This document shows positions 46,764 through 55,811 of a DNA stretch of 61,662 nucleotides, one piece after another. Both the position numbers and the translations under genes were made by a program. Within the stretch, counting starts at the first letter, position 1, and the number at the start of each line of letters is the position of its first letter. The notes beneath the pieces were generated by a model, which ran no database searches, was not told the origin of the DNA, and saw only the letters and a list, made by a program, of their open reading frames with translations. Origin of the DNA: a virus (lineage: Duplodnaviria; Caudoviricetes); the IMG/VR virus record IMGVR_UViG_3300016484_000327, positions 1 to 61,662 of that record; one strand, 5' to 3'.

Positions 46764-47297
46764 TTAATTTATATATGCTTGTCCTGAAAACGGTGCTGTA
46801 AACTTCACTTGTAAGTTATTAGCATCGATGTATACTACTTCTCCTATCACTTCCTCATATGCACTATCCACTACAGAAACAGCAGGATACTTGTTAAGAT
46901 TATGTACTACATTCCATATTGCTGCTGGAGCAAGTTGATCATGTATGTACGCGCGCTCGTACGTGTACGTGATGGGAACTGCATTGAGCTTACTCAATGT
47001 TATCATTGCTTGCTCAGGGTTAATCGGATTAACCGTTATTCCTGTAATGATGTTATCATATGCAGCCTGCAACTGAATCAGTTGTGCTGGCGTAAGTCCA
47101 ACCTGCACCCACTGATTACCATCCCATACAAAGAACGTATCTAGTGTAATATCATAAACTAATATACCCTCATCACCTGAGTTATAACTATTACCATAAG
47201 CAGTTCTTTCTGCTGTTGTAACCGGTTGCATTCTCGCATTGAGAAGCTGGTTAGTAGTCAGATCAATATTATGGAAATATAGTTTATTTTCTGCCAT
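46764..47297 (-). CDS. Structural protein with W..HNL..YP.V domain
   Basis: C-terminal domain shared with both neighbours; N-terminal IDL..NQL.NA shared with 45530..46750. Confidence 0.6.
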   Translation of the reverse strand: MAENKLYFHNIDLTTNQLLNARMQPVTTAERTAYGNSYNSGDEGILVYDITLDTFFVWDGNQWVQVGLTPAQLIQLQAAYDNIITGITVNPINPEQAMITLSKLNAVPITYTYERAYIHDQLAPAAIWNVVHNLNKYPAVSVVDSAYEEVIGEVVYIDANNLQVKFTAPFSGQAYIN

Positions 47298-47872
47298 TAC
47301 GATAAGTATGCGGTTCCAGTAACAGGTTGAGAGAATGTAATAGTAAGTTGATTAACAGTATCATGTGTAATGACACCTTCCATATCCACACCAAGCGCGT
47401 TTTCGGTACGAACAACGGGATTATATCCAAGATTATGTTTAATAACCCAGTTAGTAGAAGGTATAGACTGTACGTGAGCATAGTTATCAGGTCTACTAGT
47501 CACTTTAAGTTTAATCTCACAACCACCCATATTAACGTGAATGAGTCCATCTGTACCCTCTACAGGTATTTCAAGAATACCAGAAGATGGTAACACAATA
47601 GACCCATCTGCAAAACCAATGTTTACATCACAAGGAACTCCTGCAATAAGTTGCCAGTCTAGCATCTGCTTTCTAATAGTAGCAGACACAAAGTCTTTCA
47701 ATGGTGCGCAAGTTTTAACCCCAAATCTTTTATTTAAGAAATGAGCATAAACATTAGACGCAAATTGAGAGTTAACTTTCTTTGCATCTTTAGTATAGTT
47801 ATTTGGGGCTGGACATGTACACGTCTCCGTATTACTATAAACTGCAGGACAATTTGGTGATGAGCATGACAT
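47297..47872 (-). CDS. Putative tail hub protein with C-terminal W..HNL domain
   Basis: FAS.VY....KRFGV..C N-terminus; synteny after the hub-like gene. Confidence 0.5.
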   Translation of the reverse strand: MSCSSPNCPAVYSNTETCTCPAPNNYTKDAKKVNSQFASNVYAHFLNKRFGVKTCAPLKDFVSATIRKQMLDWQLIAGVPCDVNIGFADGSIVLPSSGILEIPVEGTDGLIHVNMGGCEIKLKVTSRPDNYAHVQSIPSTNWVIKHNLGYNPVVRTENALGVDMEGVITHDTVNQLTITFSQPVTGTAYLS

Positions 47873-47876
47873 TTAG

Positions 47877-48032
47877 TTATCGTTTTTGAGTGGTTGCTGC
47901 TTTCTTCTCAGCTAGCTTCTTTTCATAAAGAGCTTGACAATTGGTGCAGATAGATTTACCATCTGACGCTGTTCTACGCTGACATCCACATGTAATGTTA
48001 GCGTTACAGTTTGGACATACTGCTGCGGACAT
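47877..48032 (-). CDS. Small Cys-rich, putative Zn-binding protein (51 aa; not in ORF track)
   Basis: MSAAVCPNCNANITCGCQRRTASDGKSICTNCQALYEKKLAEKKAATTQKR; fills the intergenic gap; AAAACCAACT leader. Confidence 0.75.
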   Translation of the reverse strand: MSAAVCPNCNANITCGCQRRTASDGKSICTNCQALYEKKLAEKKAATTQKR

Positions 48033-48050
48033 AGTTGGTTTTATTTTAGG

Positions 48051-48599
48051 TTAACAAGATGCTGAACAACATGCAATCGCAAATTTATCTAATTGCGACT
48101 TAGCATAATTATAAACTTGCATTCCTTTTTGTAATTCATGACAATACTCCACTTCTGACTTAGCTGAATCTAGGTACATTTTAATTATACTAAGTTCTTC
48201 CAGCTTGTCTTTCACCTCTTCTGAAGGGTCACATCCCGACATATCAAGATCACAAAGAACCTGGTAGTATTTATTCATGAATGCTGTAGTTCTCAAGAAC
48301 GCATATTCTACATACACCTTATCATTAGGACTAACTGAGTAACGAATCTTCCATATTCCATCAGGAAGATCTGATGCTGTTTCTCCACATCCGACTGTTT
48401 GAAGACCAAGACTGCATGCATTTAAAACCAGATTAAAATTCTGGGTAACATCAAACTGTTTTACGATGTTAAATCCAGGAGCTTGAATCTCCAGAAGACC
48501 ACAAGTAACAGGAAAATCTGCATAGACGCTCGCATCTGCGATACGTAGAGTGGTGAGATTTGCAGTCTCAAATATATCTAAACCTAATATGTGTCTCAT
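48051..48599 (-). CDS. Putative tail hub protein (crAssphage gene 73-like)
   Basis: L.I.DAS.Y...LEI..PGF...LPDGIWKIRYSV.P motif; ATG at 48599 preferred over the track's TTG at 48605. Confidence 0.65.
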   Translation of the reverse strand: MRHILGLDIFETANLTTLRIADASVYADFPVTCGLLEIQAPGFNIVKQFDVTQNFNLVLNACSLGLQTVGCGETASDLPDGIWKIRYSVSPNDKVYVEYAFLRTTAFMNKYYQVLCDLDMSGCDPSEEVKDKLEELSIIKMYLDSAKSEVEYCHELQKGMQVYNYAKSQLDKFAIACCSASC

Positions 48600-48647
48600 A
48601 ATCAATGGTTTACACTTTAAAAGTGTATGGTCGGATTGAGCATACTA

Positions 48648-48663
48648 CTCAATAATAATATAC
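48648..48663 (-). promoter_or_regulatory. Putative phage late promoter (GTATATTATTATTGAG)
   Basis: Five-copy motif directly downstream of a terminator. Confidence 0.55.
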
Positions 48664-48683
48664 CAAAAAAATAGCACTTTAGC

Positions 48684-48722
48684 AAATAAAAAAGGGTGAG
48701 GAAAAATCCCCACCCTTTTATT
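48684..48722 (-). terminator. Intrinsic terminator
   Basis: aaaagggtg.gg/cc.caccctttt stem with A/T runs. Confidence 0.8.
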
Positions 48723-48739
48723 ATCATTGCTGATAACTA

Positions 48740-50113
48740 TTAACCAGCAGTAGTAGTAGTGCTAGTAGTTGGAGCAGCGGTAGTAGTAGTTGTTGTAGCA
48801 GCTACACAATTGTTCTTGAAAGCAACACCAGGAGCTAAATTAGCACACTGAACAGCGTTTGTACCTTCAATCTCAACACCATTTCCAGCGCAGTTCAGAA
48901 TATCTTGAAGACGATTCAAGAACAGAATTGCGTTAGTTCCTTTAGGAACATAGAAAGTCAACAGATACTGATCGTTGTCGAAAGTACCAGTTGGGTTGTT
49001 AAAACGGGGTACGCTGTGAAGAATGTTGATAGAATCCCACAAAGTGTTACGATCGAAATTCTTGATCGCAGGATCAGTTTCGATCTCACGCATACGCAGA
49101 CTATCTACGTATTTGTTATCAGGGAAAGAATTCTGGAGATAACGAGTGAACATGATCAAATCACGAACCACAGTTTCACCAGTACCCTGAGCTTGTAGAC
49201 CTTCTACCAATTCAGTTGCGCTAAATCCTTTCCAAGTCCAGTTTGTATCACCATTAGGACCAGTACGTTCAACGCAAGCTTCTCCGCTCATATCTACCAA
49301 AGAGGTAAGAATACGAAGAGGTTGCAGTTCGTAATGATCAGTAGGAGTGAAAGTACAGTTACCGAACTTAGTGTCCACATAAGCAACAATCAGTTGCAAA
49401 TCAGAGCTAGAAGCAGCATCAGCTACAGGATCAAATGCAGCATGCACAGGACCAGCAAGATAAGCATCCAAAGCAGCAATAAATGCAACGATGTCAGCTT
49501 GAGTAGTACCAGCTTGTGTAGCAATAGTTGTTCCTTCGTAGTCTTTTACCACTAACTTAACGAAGTCAGGAAGAATAGGACGCTCCAGAATTTGCTTAGC
49601 CCAGTTGATTGTTACAACTGTAGGGTCAACAAGAGTTCCAGTGCAACCTGCAGAGCAATCATCATTGCAACATCCTGTAAACGCATCAACTGTGCGATAG
49701 ATGTTGTGAGACAAAAGACGTAATGCAGGAGATCCTTTCAGATCCAGACGGAGATAATAAGTCTGTCCACACTCAGCACCAGAAGCAGTAATTTCCATTA
49801 CTTGATTCTGAGCGTTTTCACCACAAGCAGTCCACACTTTAGTGATGTACTTGGGGTTAATAACTTTAGATTTTACAGACTCTTTGTATCCACCATGAAA
49901 CGGTCCAATCTTGTCAGAGGTAAAATAGCTACCCTGAGCAATGATGAAAGGTTTAGAGGATACAGATGTGATAGCTTGGAAAGTCTTCGCGTCGAAAAGA
50001 CCCAGCTGACCTGCTGTGAGATCAGCTGTGCTACCAGAACTAGCAAGAGGAAGTGCTCCACCTGTTACTGCAGGAAGAAACGCTTTCTTAAACGCATGAT
50101 TAAAATACGCCAT
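48740..50113 (-). CDS. Putative auxiliary capsid protein (crAssphage gene 74-like) with poly-Thr C-terminal tail
   Basis: MAYFNHAF...KSKVINPKYI...Y.LRLD.KG motifs; synteny; high-expression codon bias like the MCP; ends AATTTTTTAAPTTSTTTTAG. Confidence 0.65.
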   Translation of the reverse strand: MAYFNHAFKKAFLPAVTGGALPLASSGSTADLTAGQLGLFDAKTFQAITSVSSKPFIIAQGSYFTSDKIGPFHGGYKESVKSKVINPKYITKVWTACGENAQNQVMEITASGAECGQTYYLRLDLKGSPALRLLSHNIYRTVDAFTGCCNDDCSAGCTGTLVDPTVVTINWAKQILERPILPDFVKLVVKDYEGTTIATQAGTTQADIVAFIAALDAYLAGPVHAAFDPVADAASSSDLQLIVAYVDTKFGNCTFTPTDHYELQPLRILTSLVDMSGEACVERTGPNGDTNWTWKGFSATELVEGLQAQGTGETVVRDLIMFTRYLQNSFPDNKYVDSLRMREIETDPAIKNFDRNTLWDSINILHSVPRFNNPTGTFDNDQYLLTFYVPKGTNAILFLNRLQDILNCAGNGVEIEGTNAVQCANLAPGVAFKNNCVAATTTTTTAAPTTSTTTTAG

Positions 50114-50148
50114 GTTGTTAACATTTAAGGATTAAAAATAAAAAATAA

Positions 50149-50601
50149 TTAGCTTAAAAATAATAGTTTATACTTAGTTGAATCAATTAGACTTTTAACT
50201 TCATCTAGTTGATTTACAATTTCACTGAAAGGCATGATCTTTTGTAAACCATCCACCTTTCCAGTAAGATCTCTGAGCATTTGTACTGCTGAATCAACGC
50301 TATCCAAACTTACTGGATACATTGGAGGAATATCTAGAAGAGACTCACGAGCTCCCTGATATTGTTCAGCAATACTATCTGCATGACCCTGAATTGCTTC
50401 ATAGAAGTCACCGATTGCTTTATGAGCAGCATATGAACCAGGACCCGTAACTTTTAAATGTAGTCGGTGCATTGATGTACCAGCACTCATTAAATCTGCT
50501 ACTAATCGACCAGTTTCAGCACAAGGTGTTTTCATCACCGGAGCTTGAGACTTTACTGGTTGACTAGCCAATTGTCGCAAAGGTCTTTGTAGCATATCCA
50601 T
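50149..50601 (-). CDS. Ferritin/Dps-like four-helix-bundle protein
   Basis: HL.V.G..SYAAHKA...FYE.I....D.IAE.YQG...KYKL.FL. Confidence 0.75.
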   Translation of the reverse strand: MDMLQRPLRQLASQPVKSQAPVMKTPCAETGRLVADLMSAGTSMHRLHLKVTGPGSYAAHKAIGDFYEAIQGHADSIAEQYQGARESLLDIPPMYPVSLDSVDSAVQMLRDLTGKVDGLQKIMPFSEIVNQLDEVKSLIDSTKYKLLFLS

Positions 50602-50605
50602 TTAG

Positions 50606-51304
50606 TTATGTGTTTCTAGTAGCATTCTGTATTTCACGTTGATACTGGTTAAAACTCTCAATATCACCCGCTAATATAGCTGCTGCTTCGTCTATAATAA
50701 TTTCAGTTACGTCATCTCTAAATTCACACTCTACATTTCCTGATGGAAGACCTGTAGAAGGATCTATACAACCATCGAAGGATATATCTAGAGGTTTTTT
50801 ATAATAGTGAAGAATTGCTTTTGTAATAGCAAACTTATTATTGGTATAAATAGAAAACCTATTATCATGCATTGTAGCAAATGTCTCAGCCCAATCAAAA
50901 TCAGGTCCTTTTAAAACATCGGTAAGAAGAACATCTACGTTAGCTTCTTCTGCCATATACACTGTAATTTCTCTATTCGTACAGGGTTCTTTATCCGCAA
51001 AACTTGTTAAGCGAATAAAGTGGGCATAGTCACTTGGTGTAGGTAGAGTGTCAAAGTACATCTTCTTATTAGTACCTAGAAGTTCTACTGATCTAACAAA
51101 CTTTTGCAGATCATCTATGGATACCATAGACTGTTCTGGAGACTCTTGACGCTGATTGAATCCGTGCACTTGTCTACGGAACCACTCGCGCTGAGCTTTA
51201 TTAAACGCTTCTGCAATCTGCCAACACTCGATATTATCATAATCAAAGCTAGCAAGCTTATTTAAGCGTTCATAAATCTTTACTCTTACAAGATTGTTAT
51301 TCAT
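50606..51304 (-). CDS. Tail ring/head-tail connector protein
   Basis: FNKAQ, DDLQ, L.YYKKP, EIIDEAA motifs; synteny after MCP. Confidence 0.65.
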   Translation of the reverse strand: MNNNLVRVKIYERLNKLASFDYDNIECWQIAEAFNKAQREWFRRQVHGFNQRQESPEQSMVSIDDLQKFVRSVELLGTNKKMYFDTLPTPSDYAHFIRLTSFADKEPCTNREITVYMAEEANVDVLLTDVLKGPDFDWAETFATMHDNRFSIYTNNKFAITKAILHYYKKPLDISFDGCIDPSTGLPSGNVECEFRDDVTEIIIDEAAAILAGDIESFNQYQREIQNATRNT

Positions 51305-52320
51305 TATTTATTCCAAGTTTTTTCCACTTTACCTTGAACATCTATAAGCACTTGCTCATTTAGAGGGTTCTTTAGATATTCAACTACATCGCTAGGAGTT
51401 TTTCCTAACATAGTCCCAGACTGCATGTGATAGATGAATCCATCCCCACGTGGTGCTACAATTTTATGATAGGTGGCATCTTTAACCATTGCTCTGAGTT
51501 TCAGAGTTTCCATGTCAAGATCAACCACTTCTAAGAAACGCTCAGCAGTCTTTTTCTTATTAGTTTCAACTGTTTCTCCGTTGATATACTTATCCATGTT
51601 ATCATATATGATATCATTCGGTGTGGACTTTTTATACTGTGTAGAGTTAATATCCACCACCTTAGCAACGTAGAACAATTTGTTCGTATTCTTATCAAAG
51701 AGCTTCTGCAATTCTGCAAGAGCTTTGTTACGCAACTTCTTCACCTCTGTTTTAGTCGATACGGTCTCTTCAAGTTTATCGAGGTAGAACTTTGGTGGTG
51801 TGGGCATCCTACGAGCTTCTTCAAAAGACTTAGCTACGATAGAGAATCCACCTGCTTCAATTGCGTAAAGTTTTATTAGATCGTAAGGATCTTTGTCAGG
51901 TTCTAAGAACACAGGTTCATTACCACAGACAATTTTAATCCTACTCCAAAAATCATCGTTATCAGGTTTTAACAACTTCACTTTGTTCCAGAAGTTTTCA
52001 TCTTTAGGATCAACAATGTTAGCTGCTAGTTCTTTCTCCAACTGAGAAACTACCATCCTAATTTGTCTAATCTTAGCTTCAGCTTCATCAGGAGGAAGTT
52101 GCTTGATGTCTGGAGAGAACTCATTTAGTCCTGTCAAATAACGTTTAATACCGTTAATTTCTAGACATGCAAGTTGTTCTTCGTGAAACGCACCGTCAAA
52201 GAGCGAGAGTCCGTATTTCTCAAGTCCCATGTTCGACATACTAGGATCGAAGAATGGACGAATAGCAATACTAGACTTTTTGTTTTGTGGATACTTCTCC
52301 ACCATGGTTACAGTACTCAT
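51304..52320 (-). CDS. Conserved crAss-like protein (gene 75-like)
   Basis: FW..I...L...DPYDLIK, V.YLKNPLN motifs; synteny after MCP. Confidence 0.65.
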   Translation of the reverse strand: MSTVTMVEKYPQNKKSSIAIRPFFDPSMSNMGLEKYGLSLFDGAFHEEQLACLEINGIKRYLTGLNEFSPDIKQLPPDEAEAKIRQIRMVVSQLEKELAANIVDPKDENFWNKVKLLKPDNDDFWSRIKIVCGNEPVFLEPDKDPYDLIKLYAIEAGGFSIVAKSFEEARRMPTPPKFYLDKLEETVSTKTEVKKLRNKALAELQKLFDKNTNKLFYVAKVVDINSTQYKKSTPNDIIYDNMDKYINGETVETNKKKTAERFLEVVDLDMETLKLRAMVKDATYHKIVAPRGDGFIYHMQSGTMLGKTPSDVVEYLKNPLNEQVLIDVQGKVEKTWNK

Positions 52321-52370
52321 GTTTGGTTTTTTGGTTTTATAAATAGGTCCGGACTCTCGTCTCGAACGGG

Positions 52371-52598
52371 TTAATCTAAAAGTTCAGAGATCCAACTTCT
52401 CTTAGTAAGATCTTCTGGGTTCTTCTCTGCACGCATCATACCTCTTGCAATTTCTCCTTCTGTAAGTAGGATGCATTGAGCTACTCCACGTGCATTCTTT
52501 ACCCATACAGCTACGAAAGAATCGCGTTCACCAGTGTGACCCTTTTTATTAGTGTTCTTCACACTAACCAGTCTACCCAAGCGAGTGTATTCTTCCAT
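52371..52598 (-). CDS. Hypothetical protein (75 aa)
   Basis: Co-oriented ORF filling the gap; G.L..VKN...AVWV...LLT..E......RAEKNPED. Confidence 0.6.
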   Translation of the reverse strand: MEEYTRLGRLVSVKNTNKKGHTGERDSFVAVWVKNARGVAQCILLTEGEIARGMMRAEKNPEDLTKRSWISELLD

Positions 52599-52618
52599 CG
52601 CTATAACTATTTAATTGA

Positions 52619-52674
52619 ACCTGTTGAGAGTTGCAAGCTCTCCATTTGATCAGAACGGTTTGCGTACAACAGGT
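52619..52674 (-). ncRNA. Putative D-armless tRNA-like structured RNA
   Basis: 7-bp closing stem ACCTGTT/AACAGGT, stem CGTT/AATG around loop CTGATCA, stem GAGAG/CTCTC with 7-nt loop. Confidence 0.35.
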
Positions 52675-52714
52675 GATCTGTAGATACTATCTACAGAGAG
52701 GGATCTTTTACAAT

Positions 52715-52759
52715 TGTATCAGAGGAGCGGGGGAACACACACCCCCGCTCGTGATACAT
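52715..52759 (-). terminator. GC-rich hairpin immediately after the MCP stop (terminator or mRNA-stabilising stem)
   Basis: tgtatca...gagcggggg/cccccgctc...tgataca; no strong T-run. Confidence 0.55.
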
Positions 52760-52764
52760 ATATA

Positions 52765-54399
52765 TTAGAATGAACCACCGGTGATCGGGTTGCGCATCAC
52801 AATCTTCAACACCTTGGTTGGGTCTTTAACCCAAATAGCAGGCATTGTCTGACTCATGAATACACGGTAACCGTTGAACTGTCCAGAAGACTGGAATCCG
52901 TTCGTACGACCCATATAGTCCATAGTACCATTCTGATACCACCACTTCAATTGATTATCCCAGCTGAGTTTCAGCAAGAAGATGTTATCATTTGTATTAT
53001 CAGTGATATCGAAAATGATAAAGTTGTAAGAAGAAAGAGGGAAACCATCGATGATTGGGTTCTCGATATCGTTAGTATGTACGTTATCGAACGCAGGGTT
53101 CAGTACAAACTTAACGTTAGCGAGGAACGGAATCACATAGCTAGTGTAAGCGAATCCGAAGTTCAGATCCATACCCTTACCAGTGATTGCTCCAACATCA
53201 GTAGCATTGATTACAAGACCGCTATTGATAGCTTCTTTCTTGATAGCTTCGTTAACAAGACGCATACCACCCATACCAGTTTGTACAACCAGTGAACGCT
53301 GAGGATCAGGTCCTTTGAACTCCACACGACCATTGAAGAAGTTGAAGATCTCAGACTTGAACAGGTCAAGATTGAAACTAGTTTTGTTGTAAATACGCTT
53401 GTAAGAGTTGTCAAGCTGCTTCCAAAGACCCACAGACAGACGTACATCATCTGGACCATCTTGCTTAACACGACCACCATGTCCCCACATCAAGTAGGTT
53501 TCGATGTCAGTTGCAATCTTAGTCAAGTGAGCTGATTCAAGAGCAGTCAAGAAAGTACGAGTTAACGTACCGCTCTGCATAGCTTTTTTAACAGCTTCCT
53601 TACCGAATTTAGCTGCAAGACCTTCCAAGTTAGTGATAGAAGGGTCAGTCAAATTCTTGTCGAAGTTACGCCAGATTTCCACTACAGGTACAGAACCATC
53701 GTTCTTCAAACCACCTTTCAACATAAGATCAGCGCGAGAAGAAACAGAGTAGTGTACGTGAGCTTCTGCACCACCTACGTAGTTGTAGAACTCACGGAAA
53801 CCAGCACCATATGCTCCGATATCAGAGAAACGCTCACCGTATTCACCGCGAGCAGAACCTTTACGGAAGAATTTAGTACCAGGCTTCAGATAGGGAGAGT
53901 TACCAGCCAAGAACTTAGTGCTATCATTGTTTACAAGTTGTACTGTGTAGATAACACCGTCAGCTACAGGGAGGATATCCTCAGTAGGAACGATGTACAA
54001 TTCCACACCATTGTACTTGTCGTAAGTGATGATGTCACCGTGTCCGAAAATACGACGGTTCAATTTGATCTTGAAGGTTGTACCATCAATACCCAATTGA
54101 GCTTCAGCATCTTCAACATTCTCTACAATGTAGGGAAGGTCTTGAGACACAGGAACTTGCCATTTGTACTCACCACGAGCGTTATTAACCTCGATTACAT
54201 TCTTTCCACCAAAAGAGGACATTTGATACAGAGGCATTTCTACCTTCTGCGCCATAGCCCACAGATCCACTGGACCCAAGTCCATAGGTTCTGCAGTCTT
54301 CATCATGTTCACCAGGTGGTAAGAATCTACGTGTGAGCTTGCGCCCGAATAACTGGTATCACGTAGAAATATACCATTGTTTAAAACTGGAGTTGCCAT
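52765..54399 (-). CDS. Major capsid protein (crAss-like)
   Basis: GLWKQL...Y, VQTGMGG, V.FVLNP.FD, F.GY.V.M......WVKDPTK motifs; strong codon bias; synteny portal-scaffold-MCP. Confidence 0.9.
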   Translation of the reverse strand: MATPVLNNGIFLRDTSYSGASSHVDSYHLVNMMKTAEPMDLGPVDLWAMAQKVEMPLYQMSSFGGKNVIEVNNARGEYKWQVPVSQDLPYIVENVEDAEAQLGIDGTTFKIKLNRRIFGHGDIITYDKYNGVELYIVPTEDILPVADGVIYTVQLVNNDSTKFLAGNSPYLKPGTKFFRKGSARGEYGERFSDIGAYGAGFREFYNYVGGAEAHVHYSVSSRADLMLKGGLKNDGSVPVVEIWRNFDKNLTDPSITNLEGLAAKFGKEAVKKAMQSGTLTRTFLTALESAHLTKIATDIETYLMWGHGGRVKQDGPDDVRLSVGLWKQLDNSYKRIYNKTSFNLDLFKSEIFNFFNGRVEFKGPDPQRSLVVQTGMGGMRLVNEAIKKEAINSGLVINATDVGAITGKGMDLNFGFAYTSYVIPFLANVKFVLNPAFDNVHTNDIENPIIDGFPLSSYNFIIFDITDNTNDNIFLLKLSWDNQLKWWYQNGTMDYMGRTNGFQSSGQFNGYRVFMSQTMPAIWVKDPTKVLKIVMRNPITGGSF

Positions 54400-54429
54400 A
54401 GTAAATGATTGTTTAAATTAATAATATAA

Positions 54430-55692
54430 CTATCGTTTAAATATATTCGTATTTCTAGGAATCTTACGTTGTTGAGATTGAGGTTCAGCAGGTTCTTCAG
54501 AAGAACTAGCGAGCTTACGGGCTTGCTCAGTCTTCAATTGTCTTACAGTATTTTCTACAGCTTGGTTCTTACCCTGCTTTACTAATGTTTGTCTATAGGA
54601 GTCTGGATCAGAGAGCAACCACAACGCTTCAGCAATAAGAGGATAATTTGGCTCTACATACTGATACTTCTCAAGCAGATGTCCCAACAGATTTGTTGGT
54701 CTACCGCTAATTGAAGGGTATTGAGGTTGAACTAGACCGGTATAAAGAGTCGCTTGTGTTTTACGATCAAGTTTAAGTCCGTTAACTTCCGCAGACTTCA
54801 AAGCTTCATATACATTCTCTATATATGCATTAGCAGCTTCCTGCTGTTGCGCTTTCATCTGTTCCTGACGAGCAAGCTGTTCTTGTACCACCTGTTCTTG
54901 CATTGCATCAAGCTTTGGTTTGAATTTCATTGCTTGTTGCTCCAACTTTCCTAGGTCTTTCCATGTAGAAATTTCTTCTGAAATCTCTTCATCATTACCG
55001 AATCCAGTTGCACGCAAATAGGATCGAACTATAAACTCCTGATCGTTAGGATCTTGCGGACTCATTTCACGGAATTCTTCCACTTGAGCAAGTGCTTGGA
55101 AAAGACCTTTAAGATCTTGACCACCATCCGCTACATATTTTGCAGCGTATTGCAACTCTTCTGGAAGACTCTCAAAGAACTGTTGAGGTGTTTCTTGTCT
55201 CACCTTCTTTTCCCTTTCCTGGAAGTTTGCTTCTAAAAGCTCCTTCCAGTCTTTTACGGAGTAATCCTCCATCGGTTTGTCATCGTCAAAGGGTACGATG
55301 AGACCTTCGTCTATTAACTTTGACATTGTATCCACCAGACCAGACTTGTCAATCTTAGGACGACCACCTGTAGATTTTTGATCATCTACGTTGTCTTCTT
55401 CTGGTTTCAGGATGTCTTCAAGTGTTTCACGTGAAACATCCTCTTTCTTCTCTTCCTCACCTTCTTTCTTCTCCTCAGTTGAAGTTTCTTCAGATGTAGA
55501 TTCTTCTTTACTAGGATCTAGAAAACTTAAGTCTACCGAGGGACTAGTAAAAACACTTGGTTTCTTACTAGGAGCGGGTGGTGTATCTGGTGTCACTACA
55601 CTAGATGCATCTGGTGCACCCGCGAATAGAGAATCAATGTCAAGATCTACTTGTTGCACATTAGTCTGTGCAGCAGCACTTTGTGTACTCAT
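54430..55692 (-). CDS. Putative scaffolding protein (acidic, coiled-coil)
   Basis: Acidic disordered N-terminus, Gln/Glu coiled coil, directly upstream of MCP. Confidence 0.65.
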   Translation of the reverse strand: MSTQSAAAQTNVQQVDLDIDSLFAGAPDASSVVTPDTPPAPSKKPSVFTSPSVDLSFLDPSKEESTSEETSTEEKKEGEEEKKEDVSRETLEDILKPEEDNVDDQKSTGGRPKIDKSGLVDTMSKLIDEGLIVPFDDDKPMEDYSVKDWKELLEANFQEREKKVRQETPQQFFESLPEELQYAAKYVADGGQDLKGLFQALAQVEEFREMSPQDPNDQEFIVRSYLRATGFGNDEEISEEISTWKDLGKLEQQAMKFKPKLDAMQEQVVQEQLARQEQMKAQQQEAANAYIENVYEALKSAEVNGLKLDRKTQATLYTGLVQPQYPSISGRPTNLLGHLLEKYQYVEPNYPLIAEALWLLSDPDSYRQTLVKQGKNQAVENTVRQLKTEQARKLASSSEEPAEPQSQQRKIPRNTNIFKR

Positions 55693-55708
55693 GTTGGTTG
55701 TTTTTAGT

Positions 55709-55724
55709 CTACAATATAATATAC
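55709..55724 (-). promoter_or_regulatory. Putative phage late promoter (GTATATTATATTGTAG)
   Basis: Consensus copy of the five-copy motif, 16 nt upstream of the scaffold ATG. Confidence 0.6.
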
Positions 55725-55811
55725 GGAATTATATCCGTAAATCTTAAAAATGTAGACGGAAATACAGCAATTTGTGCAGTATACAGCTATAGTTAAACCT
55801 ACTCCTGCTTA

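Noticed and set aside
52345-52370. GTTCGAG T-loop-like motif in the next intergenic gap
   Set aside because: Too short and weakly paired to support an RNA call.
52619-52674. Canonical tRNA-Ile(GAT) gene
   Set aside because: Lacks D-arm, TTC T-loop and CCA; reported only as a tRNA-like element.
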